Positions 38,494 to 48,258 of a stretch of DNA of 64,000 nucleotides are shown here, piece after piece. Numbering within the stretch: the first letter of the stretch is position 1; each line of letters opens with the position of its first letter. The DNA lies in the NCBI GenBank assembly GCA_038529355.1, contig JBCBDU010000001.1, forward strand, positions 90,565 through 154,564. The letters are read 5' to 3'. The notes under the pieces are model-generated. The model was not told the origin of the DNA. It did no database searches and saw nothing but the letters and a program-made list of their open reading frames with translations. Source of the stretch: Pseudomonadota bacterium (lineage in GTDB: Bacteria > Pseudomonadota > Gammaproteobacteria > Steroidobacterales > Woeseiaceae). The position numbers and the translations under genes are program-made.

Positions 38494-39882
38494 CTAGCAC
38501 GGCGGCGGGCGATTGACCCGCAGTGCAGCCTCTGCGAGCCGAGCCGCTTGCAGCACAGTCGCATCGCGCGTCAAAGCGCCGGTCAGCATCAAGCCAACCG
38601 GAAGCCCCGCGGCCGTGAATCCACAGGGGATTGAGATCGACGGTTGCCCGGTAAAGTCACTAATGATGGTGTTTTGCCACGCAAGCTGTGCATGATTGGC
38701 AGGCGGATTGTCGATAGCGACGGCAGCGGCTGTCGACGTCGGCGCGGCTAATACATCGCAGTGCGCGAACAGTGCGTCGGCGCGTTGGGTAAAGCCGCGC
38801 CTGAAGTGCTGCGCGCGCGCGTATGCAGCGCTCGTGATGCGTTGCGCGGCTAGTAGTTTGCCTCGAACTTGTTCGCCAAAGTGTTCGGGACACTGTTGCA
38901 GGTCGCGTTCGTGAATCGCCGCAGCCTCGGCAAAGATGTCACGACTCGCAAGCGCTGCGTCCGCAACGTCTGGAAGGTCTAGCGATACTGCTTGTGCACC
39001 AGCCGAAAACAACTGTGCCAATGCTGCGCGCACAATGTCGACAACCTCGTCATCGCCATCGAAAAAATATCGCTCAACGATCCCGATGCGCAGATGCTTC
39101 AGGTTGCCACCGGCGCTATTGAACGGCTGCCTTTCGGGCGCCGGCAAACAATAGGGATCGCTCGCGTCCGGCCCGGCAATCACGTCCAGCATCAATGCCG
39201 TGTCTTCTACCGTTCTGGTGATCGGCCCGACATGATCCATCGTCCAGCACAGCGGTATGACACCCGCCTTGCTGACCAGCCCGAACGTCGGTTTAAATCC
39301 GGTAACACCGCAGCAGTGCGAAGGCTGTCGAATCGAGCAGCCTGTGTCGGTACCGATTGCGCCAAACGCAAGCCCTGCGGCAACCGCAGCTGCCGAGCCG
39401 CCACTCGAGCCACCGGCAAAATGCGTATCCAACCATGGGTTACGCACCGCACCAAACCAGTCGTTCTCACTGGTCGTCCCGTACGCCAACTCGTGCAGTC
39501 CGGTCTTGCCAAGGATGACGGCGCCCGCCGCTTTCAGGCGACGCACGACGGTTGCGTCCGTCTCCGGCACTCGATGCTCGAAAACTTTCGAGCCGCCGGT
39601 AGTGCGCACGCCCTGGGTATCGCACAAGTCCTTGATAGCCAGCGGAATCCCTTGCAGGACACCACGATCTACGCCGCGTGCAAAATCAGCATCGGCGCGA
39701 CTCGCCGCCGCCAACGCTGCGTCGCCCGTCACGGTAATGAACGCGTTCAGTCGCCCGTCGTGTGCCGCAATGCGATCAAGCATGAGTTGCGTCAGCTGCG
39801 TTGCTGTCACCGTTCCGGATCGCAGTTGCTGCGCCGTGTGTGCTATCGAATCAAAATGCACGCCGACGCGCCCGTCGAACAC
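38494..39882 (-). CDS. Amidase-signature family amidase (GatA-like)
   Basis: 462 aa. Signature GGSSGGSAAAVAAG and catalytic-lysine context IKDLCDT. GTG start. Confidence 0.9.
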   Translation of the reverse strand: MFDGRVGVHFDSIAHTAQQLRSGTVTATQLTQLMLDRIAAHDGRLNAFITVTGDAALAAASRADADFARGVDRGVLQGIPLAIKDLCDTQGVRTTGGSKVFEHRVPETDATVVRRLKAAGAVILGKTGLHELAYGTTSENDWFGAVRNPWLDTHFAGGSSGGSAAAVAAGLAFGAIGTDTGCSIRQPSHCCGVTGFKPTFGLVSKAGVIPLCWTMDHVGPITRTVEDTALMLDVIAGPDASDPYCLPAPERQPFNSAGGNLKHLRIGIVERYFFDGDDEVVDIVRAALAQLFSAGAQAVSLDLPDVADAALASRDIFAEAAAIHERDLQQCPEHFGEQVRGKLLAAQRITSAAYARAQHFRRGFTQRADALFAHCDVLAAPTSTAAAVAIDNPPANHAQLAWQNTIISDFTGQPSISIPCGFTAAGLPVGLMLTGALTRDATVLQAARLAEAALRVNRPPPC

Positions 39883-39910
39883 TCAGTTTGCGCTGGCCAT
39901 ACATCAATCA

Positions 39911-40405
39911 CTAGATGCGCTCAAACTCTGCGGCTGGCTCAGCCGTCGGTGTTGCGCTGTCCCGGTCATCGATAAAGCCGCGGAACTGGCGAGCGAGCTG
40001 GTCGAACACGGCAACAAACTCAATCAACTGCGCGTCGCTGTAGCCCGCATTGGCTAACAGATCTGCTTCGAGCACCGGATCGTTGTCGCCATCAAGGTAT
40101 GCGCGTGTCAATCGATGCTCCCGATTCCAATCGTTCATGTCCGCGATTGTTAACGTGTACCCGGTCAGGCCGAAATACAACTGCAGATCGCCGTCGTCAT
40201 AGACAAACAAATAATATGTGATGCCGTCGATTTTGATCTTAAGAGAACGCGGCTCATCGATCTGAACTGACGTATAGCCATCATCTTTCAGAATCTGCAC
40301 CAACGCATCATCACTGTAGTCTTTACGTAGCGACTGCGCCGCGGCGTCTGTCACCAAGCAAAACAAGAGTCCTAAACCGAGGCTGATCATCAACGAGGCG
40401 CGCAT
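39911..40405 (-). CDS. Exported YbjN-like domain protein
   Basis: Start at MRASLMISLGLGLLFCLVTDAAA (ATG 40405, AAGGAG 8 nt upstream). Body LKDDGYTSVQID...YYLFVYDDGDLQLYF...MNDWNREHRLTRAYLD resembles the YbjN / T3SS-chaperone-like fold. Confidence 0.6.
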   Translation of the reverse strand: MRASLMISLGLGLLFCLVTDAAAQSLRKDYSDDALVQILKDDGYTSVQIDEPRSLKIKIDGITYYLFVYDDGDLQLYFGLTGYTLTIADMNDWNREHRLTRAYLDGDNDPVLEADLLANAGYSDAQLIEFVAVFDQLARQFRGFIDDRDSATPTAEPAAEFERI

Positions 40406-40489
40406 ACCGATTCTCCTTCTATTAACGCTTCCAAAATACACGAGACGCCGCAGGATCGCTGTGATCTGGTCGCCAAAGCAGCGGTAGCT

Positions 40490-41056
40490 TCAATTCACAA
40501 CAGATGCCTGCTGAGTACCACTGTGCACGTGCGAGAGCACACCATCCGTAACGGCGAACGTGAACACCGATCCGTTAGCCGGCATCACGCACAAGGTATC
40601 GGGGCAGTCCATCACGTGAGCAACAACCGCATTGATGACGACGAAGTGCGTGAAAATCGCAACAGAACCGGTCAGTTGCGTCAGTTGTTGCAACAAAATT
40701 GACCGCCAGCGGGTGATGTCTTCGTTTTGCTCGTTCCAGCGCTGTGTCATGAACGACTGTATCCACTGTGCGCGCTGATCCAATGCAACCGGCGACGGTA
40801 ATTCGCGAAACACCGGATCGACGGTCGGCGTTTTGCCCAACTGCATCGCATACGGTGCCGCCGTTTCGCGCGCTCGCCGCAGTGGGCTGGTAATGATGTG
40901 CGCCGGTGGCAAACTCATGCTGCGCAGGATGTCAGCTGCCGCGAGCGCCTGGCGCGCACCCAGTTCGCTCAGGCCCGGATCGGGATTATCCCCCCACTTC
41001 GCAGCCGCCTCACCATGTCGGACAAGATAGATGATCGTTCCGTCGGCGACGTTCAC
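40490..41056 (-). CDS. Histidine phosphatase (phosphoglycerate-mutase-like) family protein
   Basis: 188 aa with N-terminal catalytic motif IYLVRHGEA and a later SPLRRARETA. GTG start. Confidence 0.8.
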   Translation of the reverse strand: MNVADGTIIYLVRHGEAAAKWGDNPDPGLSELGARQALAAADILRSMSLPPAHIITSPLRRARETAAPYAMQLGKTPTVDPVFRELPSPVALDQRAQWIQSFMTQRWNEQNEDITRWRSILLQQLTQLTGSVAIFTHFVVINAVVAHVMDCPDTLCVMPANGSVFTFAVTDGVLSHVHSGTQQASVVN

Positions 41057-41103
41057 GGGTTGGCATCAATAATTGGGGGCACAAGACTCACGGCGCACGC
41101 AAC

Positions 41104-41799
41104 TCAGTCAGACGCATCGGTCCATTGATAGCCAAAGGCCGCAATTTCCTTCGCACAAACGCGTTCGATACGCGCGCGATCATCGCCATTGAGCACGTGG
41201 CTGTAGTGCTCGCGATTCTTGCGCGAGCCTCCTTTGGTCATTGGCAGACTCAGCGGCTCAGGCAGGCCGATGTCGCGACCAATCGTCGCCAGATCGTCAG
41301 CAAGGTGCTCGAACCGGGCAACCTTGTCGGCAACGATATGATCCGCAATCGTGTAGCTGCCCCAGTTAGTAATGAATTCGATCGGCGCCGTATTGAAAAA
41401 CTCGAGCATCGTCGGACGCGGCTCGCGCGTGCTCCAAAAGTAGCGGCTGATCGCTTTATCAAACGGATTCCGTTCTATCGAAAACTTGTAGTAACTGTTC
41501 CAGATATCAGGATCGATGTGATCGCGAATGTACTCGGCCGGCGCGTGATTAAAAAACCGCTTCGGCTCGAACTTCAATCCCAGTTTCAGCCAATCGAGTT
41601 TGCTGTAGTAGCGCTTCGCGATGCCATAGTTGGCAGCGCCGGGGTAACCGAGCTGTTGCCGCTTGGCCTCGTCAACCGGGGATATCGGCGTAACAATGTC
41701 GTCGCCGTCACAGAATTTCGACAGTGCAATTTCAACACTCGTCCCTGCAGTCTTGCGAGTCTTGATGAAAATGAACTTATAGCGGTGGTTGATGATCAT
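41104..41799 (-). CDS. Sulfotransferase family protein (Sulfotransfer_2-like)
   Basis: PAPS 5'-phosphosulfate loop FIKTRKTAGTS and 3'-phosphate motif IERNPFDKAISRYFW. ATG 41799 (MIINHRYKFIFI) is preferred over the track GTG at 41853. Confidence 0.7.
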   Translation of the reverse strand: MIINHRYKFIFIKTRKTAGTSVEIALSKFCDGDDIVTPISPVDEAKRQQLGYPGAANYGIAKRYYSKLDWLKLGLKFEPKRFFNHAPAEYIRDHIDPDIWNSYYKFSIERNPFDKAISRYFWSTREPRPTMLEFFNTAPIEFITNWGSYTIADHIVADKVARFEHLADDLATIGRDIGLPEPLSLPMTKGGSRKNREHYSHVLNGDDRARIERVCAKEIAAFGYQWTDASD

Positions 41800-42094
41800 G
41801 TTGTTCTCGTTGATACGCGCGGCGATCCCATTGGGCTCCAGGGCGTCAAACACGCACGCGACGTGCGCCAGATCGACACGCTAGCGTAGTGTAGCGAAAA
41901 AGTCTGAGGGATACGGCGCAGTTCTGACTGTGAACTTCGCACTGCCACACGGTCAGCGGGCTCGCCTGCGCGCATCCATTGTGATTCAAAACATGTGGCG
42001 GCCAGGCTAAAGCCGTGCACCAGTCAGCCCGCTGAATGACCCAATCTAAACATACAGATCCGAACGCGCGGATGCGCAACTCAAAATCGCAGGT

Positions 42095-42133
42095 AAAAAA
42101 AAGGCGTCACCACAACCGCTGTGTGGTGACGCC
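42095..42133 (-). terminator. Rho-independent terminator after the fasciclin gene
   Basis: Perfect 12-bp stem GGCGTCACCACA / TGTGGTGACGCC (42103-42114 and 42122-42133). An A8 run at 42095-42102 gives a U-tract on the minus strand. Confidence 0.8.
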
Positions 42134-42209
42134 TTTCTGCGCCTTAGCGCGTTAGCTCTTTAGCTCTTGAACTTTTGCACGGTAGCTTTTCGCGTTTCCG
42201 AGCTTCGGC

Positions 42210-43352
42210 TTACAGTGTGGACAGATCGACCGGAATCAATACTCGGGAAATCGTCGTCACAAACCCATTCGCCGCGCGGAAGTTGTTCTTGCTCAACAAC
42301 GACACGCGCGGATCACGCAACCGCGGATCGTTGTCGATCAGCGTACGCGTCGCCACATCTGGCGTAATCGTTGCGCCGGCCAACGTCTGCAATGATTCTG
42401 CCGTCAGCACATCTTTGACCGGAATGCCTGCGGGCAACACGTGGTACAGCAGCACCGCCTGCAACAGCGGAATGGGATCGCCGTCGCCGAGCTGCGTCAA
42501 AGCACCAACGATCACATTGAAGGCCTCACCCTCATCGCGACCGCGGTAGCCGAGATCACGCGCCAACCGGATGAACGCCTGATCATTTGGCGCCAACACG
42601 GTCAAATCAGCGTCGATATCCGCCACAGCGCCGACCAGATCCGCCGCTTGCAGTGCAGTCAACAATAAGTCGAAATCCTTGGAATTGTGATCGAACGAGC
42701 CGCCGCTGGCTGCGACTAGACCGGCAATAGTTGGCAGCTCAGCCGCATTCGTGTTGGCGATGTCCAGGGGGATCAGCACTCGGGAAATAGGATTGATGAC
42801 GCCATTTTCCGCACGAATACCGTCTGTTTTGCCGCTGAGGCGAGCGTCGCGAATGTCCGGATCGTTGTCGATCAGTTGACGGCGACGTGGCAGCAACGTG
42901 GCACCTTCGAGCAAGGTTTGCACGATAGGCGTCTGTGATGTTTCGCTGGCCGTTTTGGCACCCGGTGACACGTGATAGAGCAACACGTTGGTGAGCACCG
43001 GAATTGGATCACCGCCGCCCAGCTCGGTCAGGGCAGCGACAATGAATTCAAACGCTTGCGCCTCATCGCGACCGCTAAAACCGAGGTCCTTAGCGAGGCG
43101 AATAAATGCGGCATCAGTCGGCGCGTAGACGGTCAGATCGGCATCAGGATCATCCAGTGCGCCGGCGAGATCCGCGGCCAGCACGGCGTTCAGCAAAATA
43201 TCGAAATCGTTGCGGTCGCGGTCAAATTCGCCGCCACTCTGAACAACGATGCCGGTAATGGTAGGCGCATGGCCTGCGTGGGCCGTCATCGCGCCCAGCA
43301 ACCCCAAACTGGCTACGGCGCTTGCAAAGTAGTGAGTAATCGCTCTCGTCAT
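42210..43352 (-). CDS. Secreted protein with two fasciclin (FAS1) domains
   Basis: Start at MTRAITHYF... (ATG 43352, GGGAG 9 nt upstream) with a signal peptide ending AHA. Two internally repeated halves carry DLTVYAPTDAAFIRLAKDLG and DLTVLAPNDQAFIRLARDLG. Confidence 0.85.
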   Translation of the reverse strand: MTRAITHYFASAVASLGLLGAMTAHAGHAPTITGIVVQSGGEFDRDRNDFDILLNAVLAADLAGALDDPDADLTVYAPTDAAFIRLAKDLGFSGRDEAQAFEFIVAALTELGGGDPIPVLTNVLLYHVSPGAKTASETSQTPIVQTLLEGATLLPRRRQLIDNDPDIRDARLSGKTDGIRAENGVINPISRVLIPLDIANTNAAELPTIAGLVAASGGSFDHNSKDFDLLLTALQAADLVGAVADIDADLTVLAPNDQAFIRLARDLGYRGRDEGEAFNVIVGALTQLGDGDPIPLLQAVLLYHVLPAGIPVKDVLTAESLQTLAGATITPDVATRTLIDNDPRLRDPRVSLLSKNNFRAANGFVTTISRVLIPVDLSTL

Positions 43353-43464
43353 GTCATTCATCTCCCAATAAATCAAAGTGACGTAGTGTCGCTTTGTCTA
43401 TTCGATGACTGTGGCGCAATGGATGCACAGCGAGAGCATCGCCAGCGGCAATCGTTTTTCACGG

Positions 43465-43496
43465 AAAAAAAAAACCCCGCCGAAGCGGGGCTTTTT
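43465..43496 (-). terminator. Rho-independent (bidirectional-looking) terminator after the TonB-dependent receptor
   Basis: A10 run, then CCCCGC-CGAA-GCGGGG (43475-43490), then T5. Confidence 0.8.
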
Positions 43497-43518
43497 CGAT
43501 CTTTCTGTCAGTAGACAA

Positions 43519-46218
43519 TCAGAACATGAAGCGACCACGCAGGTACCACTGACCGCCATTGAACCCGAACGGGCTGGCTTCAGAGTACAGCTGGCCAAGT
43601 GAACCCGCGCTTGGGTTCTCTTCCGGGAACTCATCGAATATGTTAGCGATACCGCCGACAATTTCGATGTTGTCAGAGACGTTGTAGCCCACTTCCAGGT
43701 CAACAAGGATTGCCGGATCGATGCCGTTCACACCGTTGCCGGTGTCATCCCATTCGCCGAAGTACGTGGCGCGGACCAATGTGCGCCAGTCGCCCTGCAA
43801 ATGCGTCCACGTCACGTTACCACGCAAGTTCGGCAGCAGGTCTTCGATCGCTTGAACACGACCCGCACTGATCGGGTTGATCGTGCCGACACTGTCCACT
43901 TCCGTTTCGTTGTAGTTAAACGCCAACGTGATTTGCGAGCTACCCTGGAAGGCGTCGAACGGATAGGTACCGACGACGTCGAAACCGGTGGTGGTCGTAT
44001 CGAAGCTGTTCGAGAAGAAGCGGAACTGCGACAGATCATCGAGGCCGATGAAGTCCTGTCGGTTAATGATGCCATCAGCGTCGAGGCCGGTTAGCGCCGC
44101 AGACACGGTCGTGTAGTTGTTGACGTTGCCGTCAGCGAAGTTCAGTGCTGACAGGAAGTCAACGTTGGCACCCAGTGCTACGCGATCTTCCAACTCGATG
44201 TTGTAGTAGTCGATCGTCCACGTTGATTCGCCAACATCGAATGACACACCAAACGCGAGGTTAGTGGCATCTTCTGAACCCAGAGACGGACGCCCGTTAC
44301 CCTGACTGGCAATGAAGTCGGCGGCCAACTGACCTGCAGCTGACGACAATGGCAGCGTGCCCTGGTCAACCAGAACACCACCGATGTTCTGCGTGGTGAC
44401 GTTCGTGATGTTTGCCTGTCCTGCCGTTGGTGCATGGAAGCCGGTAGAGAATGCACCGCGGATACGGAGCGAGTCATTCACGGCATAGACACCCGCCAGC
44501 TTGACGTTGGTCGTATCGCCAAACTCGCTGAAGTCTTCGTAGCGCAGAGCAGCCTGCAGCGTAAACGCATCAGTGATGTCCGCTTCCAGATCGACGTACG
44601 CCGCCACACTGTCCTGCGACGCAGAAGTGCTGTTCGGGAAACCACCAAAGCCGTTAGAGCTCGATGAGAAACCCTGGTCAGCCAATACGCCCAGCGCAAA
44701 TGACGCCGGATCGCCCGCAAACAGGTCGAATTCCTCTTCGCGATACTCAGCACCGAACGCAACGTTCAGGTCAGAGGCAAAACCAACATCAAAACCATAG
44801 ACAAGGTTGGCATTAACCACTGTTTCCGTCTGCTCCTGACCACCTGGCGTGAAGTCACGCGGTGTGTCCGGACCCAACGATGCGTTGATCGTGTTGCGGA
44901 TAAAGAAGTCGGTGCGGTTAGAGCCGCGCTGGATGCTGAAGTCGTACAGCATGCCCGTGCCGACATTAAACTCACCGCGAATACCAACGGCCAATGCGCT
45001 GTCTTCGTTGTCACCGCCAAAGCGCGGTACGAAGCCCGCCGGGATCGTCTCAGCGAATGAGAAGCAGTTGGCGTCGCCGGTCACCTGAGCCAGAATCGTC
45101 GCATCAGGAATAACGCCGTTCAGCGGAATCCCTGCCGGGCAAGCGCCGCCGGCGCCCAGGCCGTCAAGGTCACCAACCAGAATCGATGGCACACCGTTCG
45201 GATCTTCGAGGCCGGTCAGCGGGTCAACCGTTGGGCCGCGATACACACCACCACGCTGCTGGCCGGTCGTCGGGCCAACAATGTTGCGGTAGAAGAAGCC
45301 GCCTTCAACGGTGCGCGACGCGTAGTTGCCGAAGAAGTACGCTTCTGCGCCGTTACTGAGCTCGATGGCTGAGTTGACGAACAGTTTGATGTCGTCGGTC
45401 ACATCAGGCTGACCCCAGTACTGCGGTACTTCGGATGTATAGGTATTGATGGCCGAGAAATCCTGCACCGGCGTGTAGCCGCCATCGATGGCCGCCTGCA
45501 CGTCGTCGCGAACGACCGAACGTACGGTGCCTTCAACGTCGTTGAACTCACCGGTCAGGTTGATAAAGCCTGAATCGCCCAGCGGAAAACCGATGTTGCC
45601 GGCTACGCGATAGTTATCGCCGTCACCGTCAAACGTAGAGCCATAGTTAACAAGCACTTCGGCACCATCGGCGTCGTCGCGCAAGATGAAGTTCAATACG
45701 CCGGCAATCGCATCAGAGCCGTACTGCGAAGACGCACCGTCACGCAAGACTTCCACCTGTTTGATCGCCAAAGCAGGAATCGCCGAAATATCGACGCCCT
45801 GAGCGCCATCCGAAATACCACCGCCAAGGAACGAAATGATCGAACCGCGATGACGGCGCTTGCCGTTCACCAGCACCAGCACGTTGTCCGGCGACAGACC
45901 GCGGACGTTTGGCGGCCGCACAATCGTCGCAGCATCACTGATCGGCTGCGTGTTGACGTTGAAAGACGGTACCGCTGTTCTGAGCATGTCCTGAACGTCA
46001 GCAGACGGCGTGCGCGCGATATCAGCGCCGGAGATCACGTCAACCGGTACTGGTGAGTCCGCTGCCGAGCGAGCTGCCCTGCGCGTACCCGTCGTAATGA
46101 TTTCATCGATGACGGTGTCTTCGTCATCCTGCTGGGCTTGTACAGGTTGCGGCAAAATAGCCAGTGCAGGTATGAGCAGGCCAAGCAAGGCCGTTCTCAT
46201 TGCATACTTTTGGGGCAT
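43519..46218 (-). CDS. TonB-dependent receptor (about 900 aa)
   Basis: Start at MPQKYAMRTALLGLLIPALAILPQPVQA (ATG 46218, GGAGA upstream). TonB-box/plug IDEIITTGTRR. C-terminal aromatic residue ...RGRFMF. Confidence 0.93.
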   Translation of the reverse strand: MPQKYAMRTALLGLLIPALAILPQPVQAQQDDEDTVIDEIITTGTRRAARSAADSPVPVDVISGADIARTPSADVQDMLRTAVPSFNVNTQPISDAATIVRPPNVRGLSPDNVLVLVNGKRRHRGSIISFLGGGISDGAQGVDISAIPALAIKQVEVLRDGASSQYGSDAIAGVLNFILRDDADGAEVLVNYGSTFDGDGDNYRVAGNIGFPLGDSGFINLTGEFNDVEGTVRSVVRDDVQAAIDGGYTPVQDFSAINTYTSEVPQYWGQPDVTDDIKLFVNSAIELSNGAEAYFFGNYASRTVEGGFFYRNIVGPTTGQQRGGVYRGPTVDPLTGLEDPNGVPSILVGDLDGLGAGGACPAGIPLNGVIPDATILAQVTGDANCFSFAETIPAGFVPRFGGDNEDSALAVGIRGEFNVGTGMLYDFSIQRGSNRTDFFIRNTINASLGPDTPRDFTPGGQEQTETVVNANLVYGFDVGFASDLNVAFGAEYREEEFDLFAGDPASFALGVLADQGFSSSSNGFGGFPNSTSASQDSVAAYVDLEADITDAFTLQAALRYEDFSEFGDTTNVKLAGVYAVNDSLRIRGAFSTGFHAPTAGQANITNVTTQNIGGVLVDQGTLPLSSAAGQLAADFIASQGNGRPSLGSEDATNLAFGVSFDVGESTWTIDYYNIELEDRVALGANVDFLSALNFADGNVNNYTTVSAALTGLDADGIINRQDFIGLDDLSQFRFFSNSFDTTTTGFDVVGTYPFDAFQGSSQITLAFNYNETEVDSVGTINPISAGRVQAIEDLLPNLRGNVTWTHLQGDWRTLVRATYFGEWDDTGNGVNGIDPAILVDLEVGYNVSDNIEIVGGIANIFDEFPEENPSAGSLGQLYSEASPFGFNGGQWYLRGRFMF

Positions 46219-46606
46219 GGGTGTGTCTCCATGATGGGTCCGTCTACAACAAAACGCACGACGCGTTTCACAAAATCTGTGTCGAATAGGCAACGAATAA
46301 CCCGCAGACTCATGGAATCAGCGTTCAAAGCGTTGCTTATCCGACACAAAGCTGCCGTCATCATTCGCGCATCACATAAGACAGTCAAGTGTTTCCGATG
46401 TAACAAATCGGTAACAACGAACATTCTAGCGACTGATCATGACAGACAAACGGCACGGAAAAAACCTAATTTTCAGCTATTAAACTATTGTTTTAATTGC
46501 TAATTTTCTGGCCTTACCCACTAGTCCTGTAGTTTTAGGCGCCTGCAATGACCCCACCCGCGCACCTGCCGCTTCACGACCGCTGGATAGCCACCACGAG
46601 CCGCGT

Positions 46607-47374
46607 TCAAGCACCGTCCCCGAACATCAAGAACATCAGGTCGAGCTGCTGGTCACCGTCGTTCCAGACATGCGCAGGAAGGTTGGGCGGCACAAAAACG
46701 AACTGCCCTGCGGGCGCGACGAACTCAGCACCGCCCACGGTGCCTGTCATCGTGCCTGCCAGCGTCACCAGCAATCGGGGAAACGGTACTGCCATCGTGG
46801 GAGCCTGATCGGCCCCTAACCGCGGCGGGATGTGATAGACCGCGCTGCGAAAATCCTTGGCGTAGTACATCACGGTACCTGGTGCGCCGTGGACAATACG
46901 CGAGTACTCGGCACCAAATGGCACGACCTCGGGCAACCCTCTGGTCCAGAAATGGAAAATCAGCGGTCTCAGTCGCGCGTCGTAGTCGTCAGGTTTTGTA
47001 TAGCCCTCGGAATAAAGAACATCCAACGGCGTGATGTCCGCGGAAGTCGCCGCAGCCATTGCAGTGAGCCCCGTCAATTGCCCGGCATCAATACGCTGCA
47101 GGATTTCGGCAGTCGTTTTGAAATAGAACACGGGTGATTCCGGGAAGCCCTTATGCAACTGCGCGTCGCGGTCTGCGCGATTGGCCACGACGTGCCAGCG
47201 CGCGCCATCGACCTCTATCCCGAAGGTCTCGCTTTGAATCATTGGGTCCTGTGCATAATCCGTCACGAAGCGGGATAGAATGTCGCTGGTCAAGTCTTCG
47301 GCTATCGCCGGGTTGGAAATTGCAAAGCCAAGTAATACTGCGCCGGCCGTTGCCCAGATTGTGTCAATACGCAT
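46607..47374 (-). CDS. Secreted SCP2-like plus cupin-like protein
   Basis: 255 aa with a signal peptide. The N-terminal half resembles SCP2 (FGIEVDGARWHVV...ILQRIDAGQLTGLTAM). The C-terminus carries cupin motif-2-like GQFVFVPPNLPAHVWNDG, with no HxH motif 1. Confidence 0.55.
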   Translation of the reverse strand: MRIDTIWATAGAVLLGFAISNPAIAEDLTSDILSRFVTDYAQDPMIQSETFGIEVDGARWHVVANRADRDAQLHKGFPESPVFYFKTTAEILQRIDAGQLTGLTAMAAATSADITPLDVLYSEGYTKPDDYDARLRPLIFHFWTRGLPEVVPFGAEYSRIVHGAPGTVMYYAKDFRSAVYHIPPRLGADQAPTMAVPFPRLLVTLAGTMTGTVGGAEFVAPAGQFVFVPPNLPAHVWNDGDQQLDLMFLMFGDGA

Positions 47375-47440
47375 CGATTGGTCTCCTCAGTGAAATCGAA
47401 GCAGCAGTGTCAAAACAACGTGCCGAAGCCACAATCACAA

Positions 47441-48247
47441 ATGAACGAATCGCTGCAAAAAGCTAACGAATCACAACAGCCTGCAACTCGTGCGGCACGA
47501 ATGGGAACCCCTGCTCGTGCTGTTGCGCAGATTTGGCTGCTGGTTGGGCTGATCGGCGGCGTATTTCTGGCGTTGGTCGGCGCCCTGGACAGTTACGATT
47601 ACTCGTTGCTGTTCCGCATTGGCTTTTGGATCCCGCTATGCCTGCTCGCCGCCGCGTTGGGCGGCTGCATTGAATGGCTGGTCGATCGATGGACGCGCAA
47701 GCGCGTATCGCAACGCCTGAGCTGGCTCATCAAAGGCGGCTTGTTTGTCAGCGTAATGACGCCAGTTGTATTCGCGCTCAACGCGCGCGGCGACGATCCT
47801 TTCGACGATTTGCTGATGTATCTGCAAAATTGCACCATCATTTGCGCAGCCTTCATCGCATTGCGCCTGATCCTGCAGCGCCTGATGTACCCACCAATCG
47901 CGCATGCTGAAGCGACTTCGGAATCGACTGTCACTCCGGCGTTTATGCAGCGACTCTCTCCCCAGCTGCGGCAAAGCGCCTTGTTTGCGATCAAGGCAGA
48001 AGGCCACTACATACAAGTCTGGACGGATCAGGGCAAAGAGTTGGTGCTGTTCCGGTTCAAGGATGCTGTTCGGGAGATTGACGAGGCGCAGGGGATGCAA
48101 GTGCATCGTAGCTGGTGGGTTGCACGCAATGCGATCGCCGGCTCGCGGCGTGAGCGTGGCAAATTGGTACTCCGGCTCAAGAACGACATCGACGTGCCAG
48201 TTAGTCGCAGCAATGTGCAAGCACTCAAAACAACGGGCTGGTTGTAG
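47441..48247 (+). CDS. Membrane-anchored LytTR DNA-binding domain protein
   Basis: Probable ATG at 47441 (track TTG 47378). About 4 TM helices, then a LytTR domain: FAIKAEGHYIQVWTDQGKELVLFRFKDAV...VHRSWWVARNAI. Confidence 0.75.
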   Translation: MNESLQKANESQQPATRAARMGTPARAVAQIWLLVGLIGGVFLALVGALDSYDYSLLFRIGFWIPLCLLAAALGGCIEWLVDRWTRKRVSQRLSWLIKGGLFVSVMTPVVFALNARGDDPFDDLLMYLQNCTIICAAFIALRLILQRLMYPPIAHAEATSESTVTPAFMQRLSPQLRQSALFAIKAEGHYIQVWTDQGKELVLFRFKDAVREIDEAQGMQVHRSWWVARNAIAGSRRERGKLVLRLKNDIDVPVSRSNVQALKTTGWL

Positions 48248-48258
48248 CGTGCGTCCGG

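Noticed and set aside
41125-41889. 254-aa plus-strand ORF covering the sulfotransferase locus
   Set aside because: It is exactly antisense to a gene with clear family motifs. Its own sequence is Arg/Ala/Val-rich with no motif. This is a typical shadow ORF of a GC-rich genome.
41951-42033. 10-bp inverted repeat TCAGCGGGCT ... AGCCCGCTGA separated by about 60 nt in the sulfotransferase upstream gap
   Set aside because: The interior is not complementary and there is no flanking U-tract or repeat copy elsewhere in the window. This is insufficient for an RNA or REP element call.
43429-43444. Sigma-54-like TGGCGA-N5-TCGCT on the minus strand upstream of the fasciclin gene
   Set aside because: There are three mismatches in the conserved positions. 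This is too weak to call without a matrix score.
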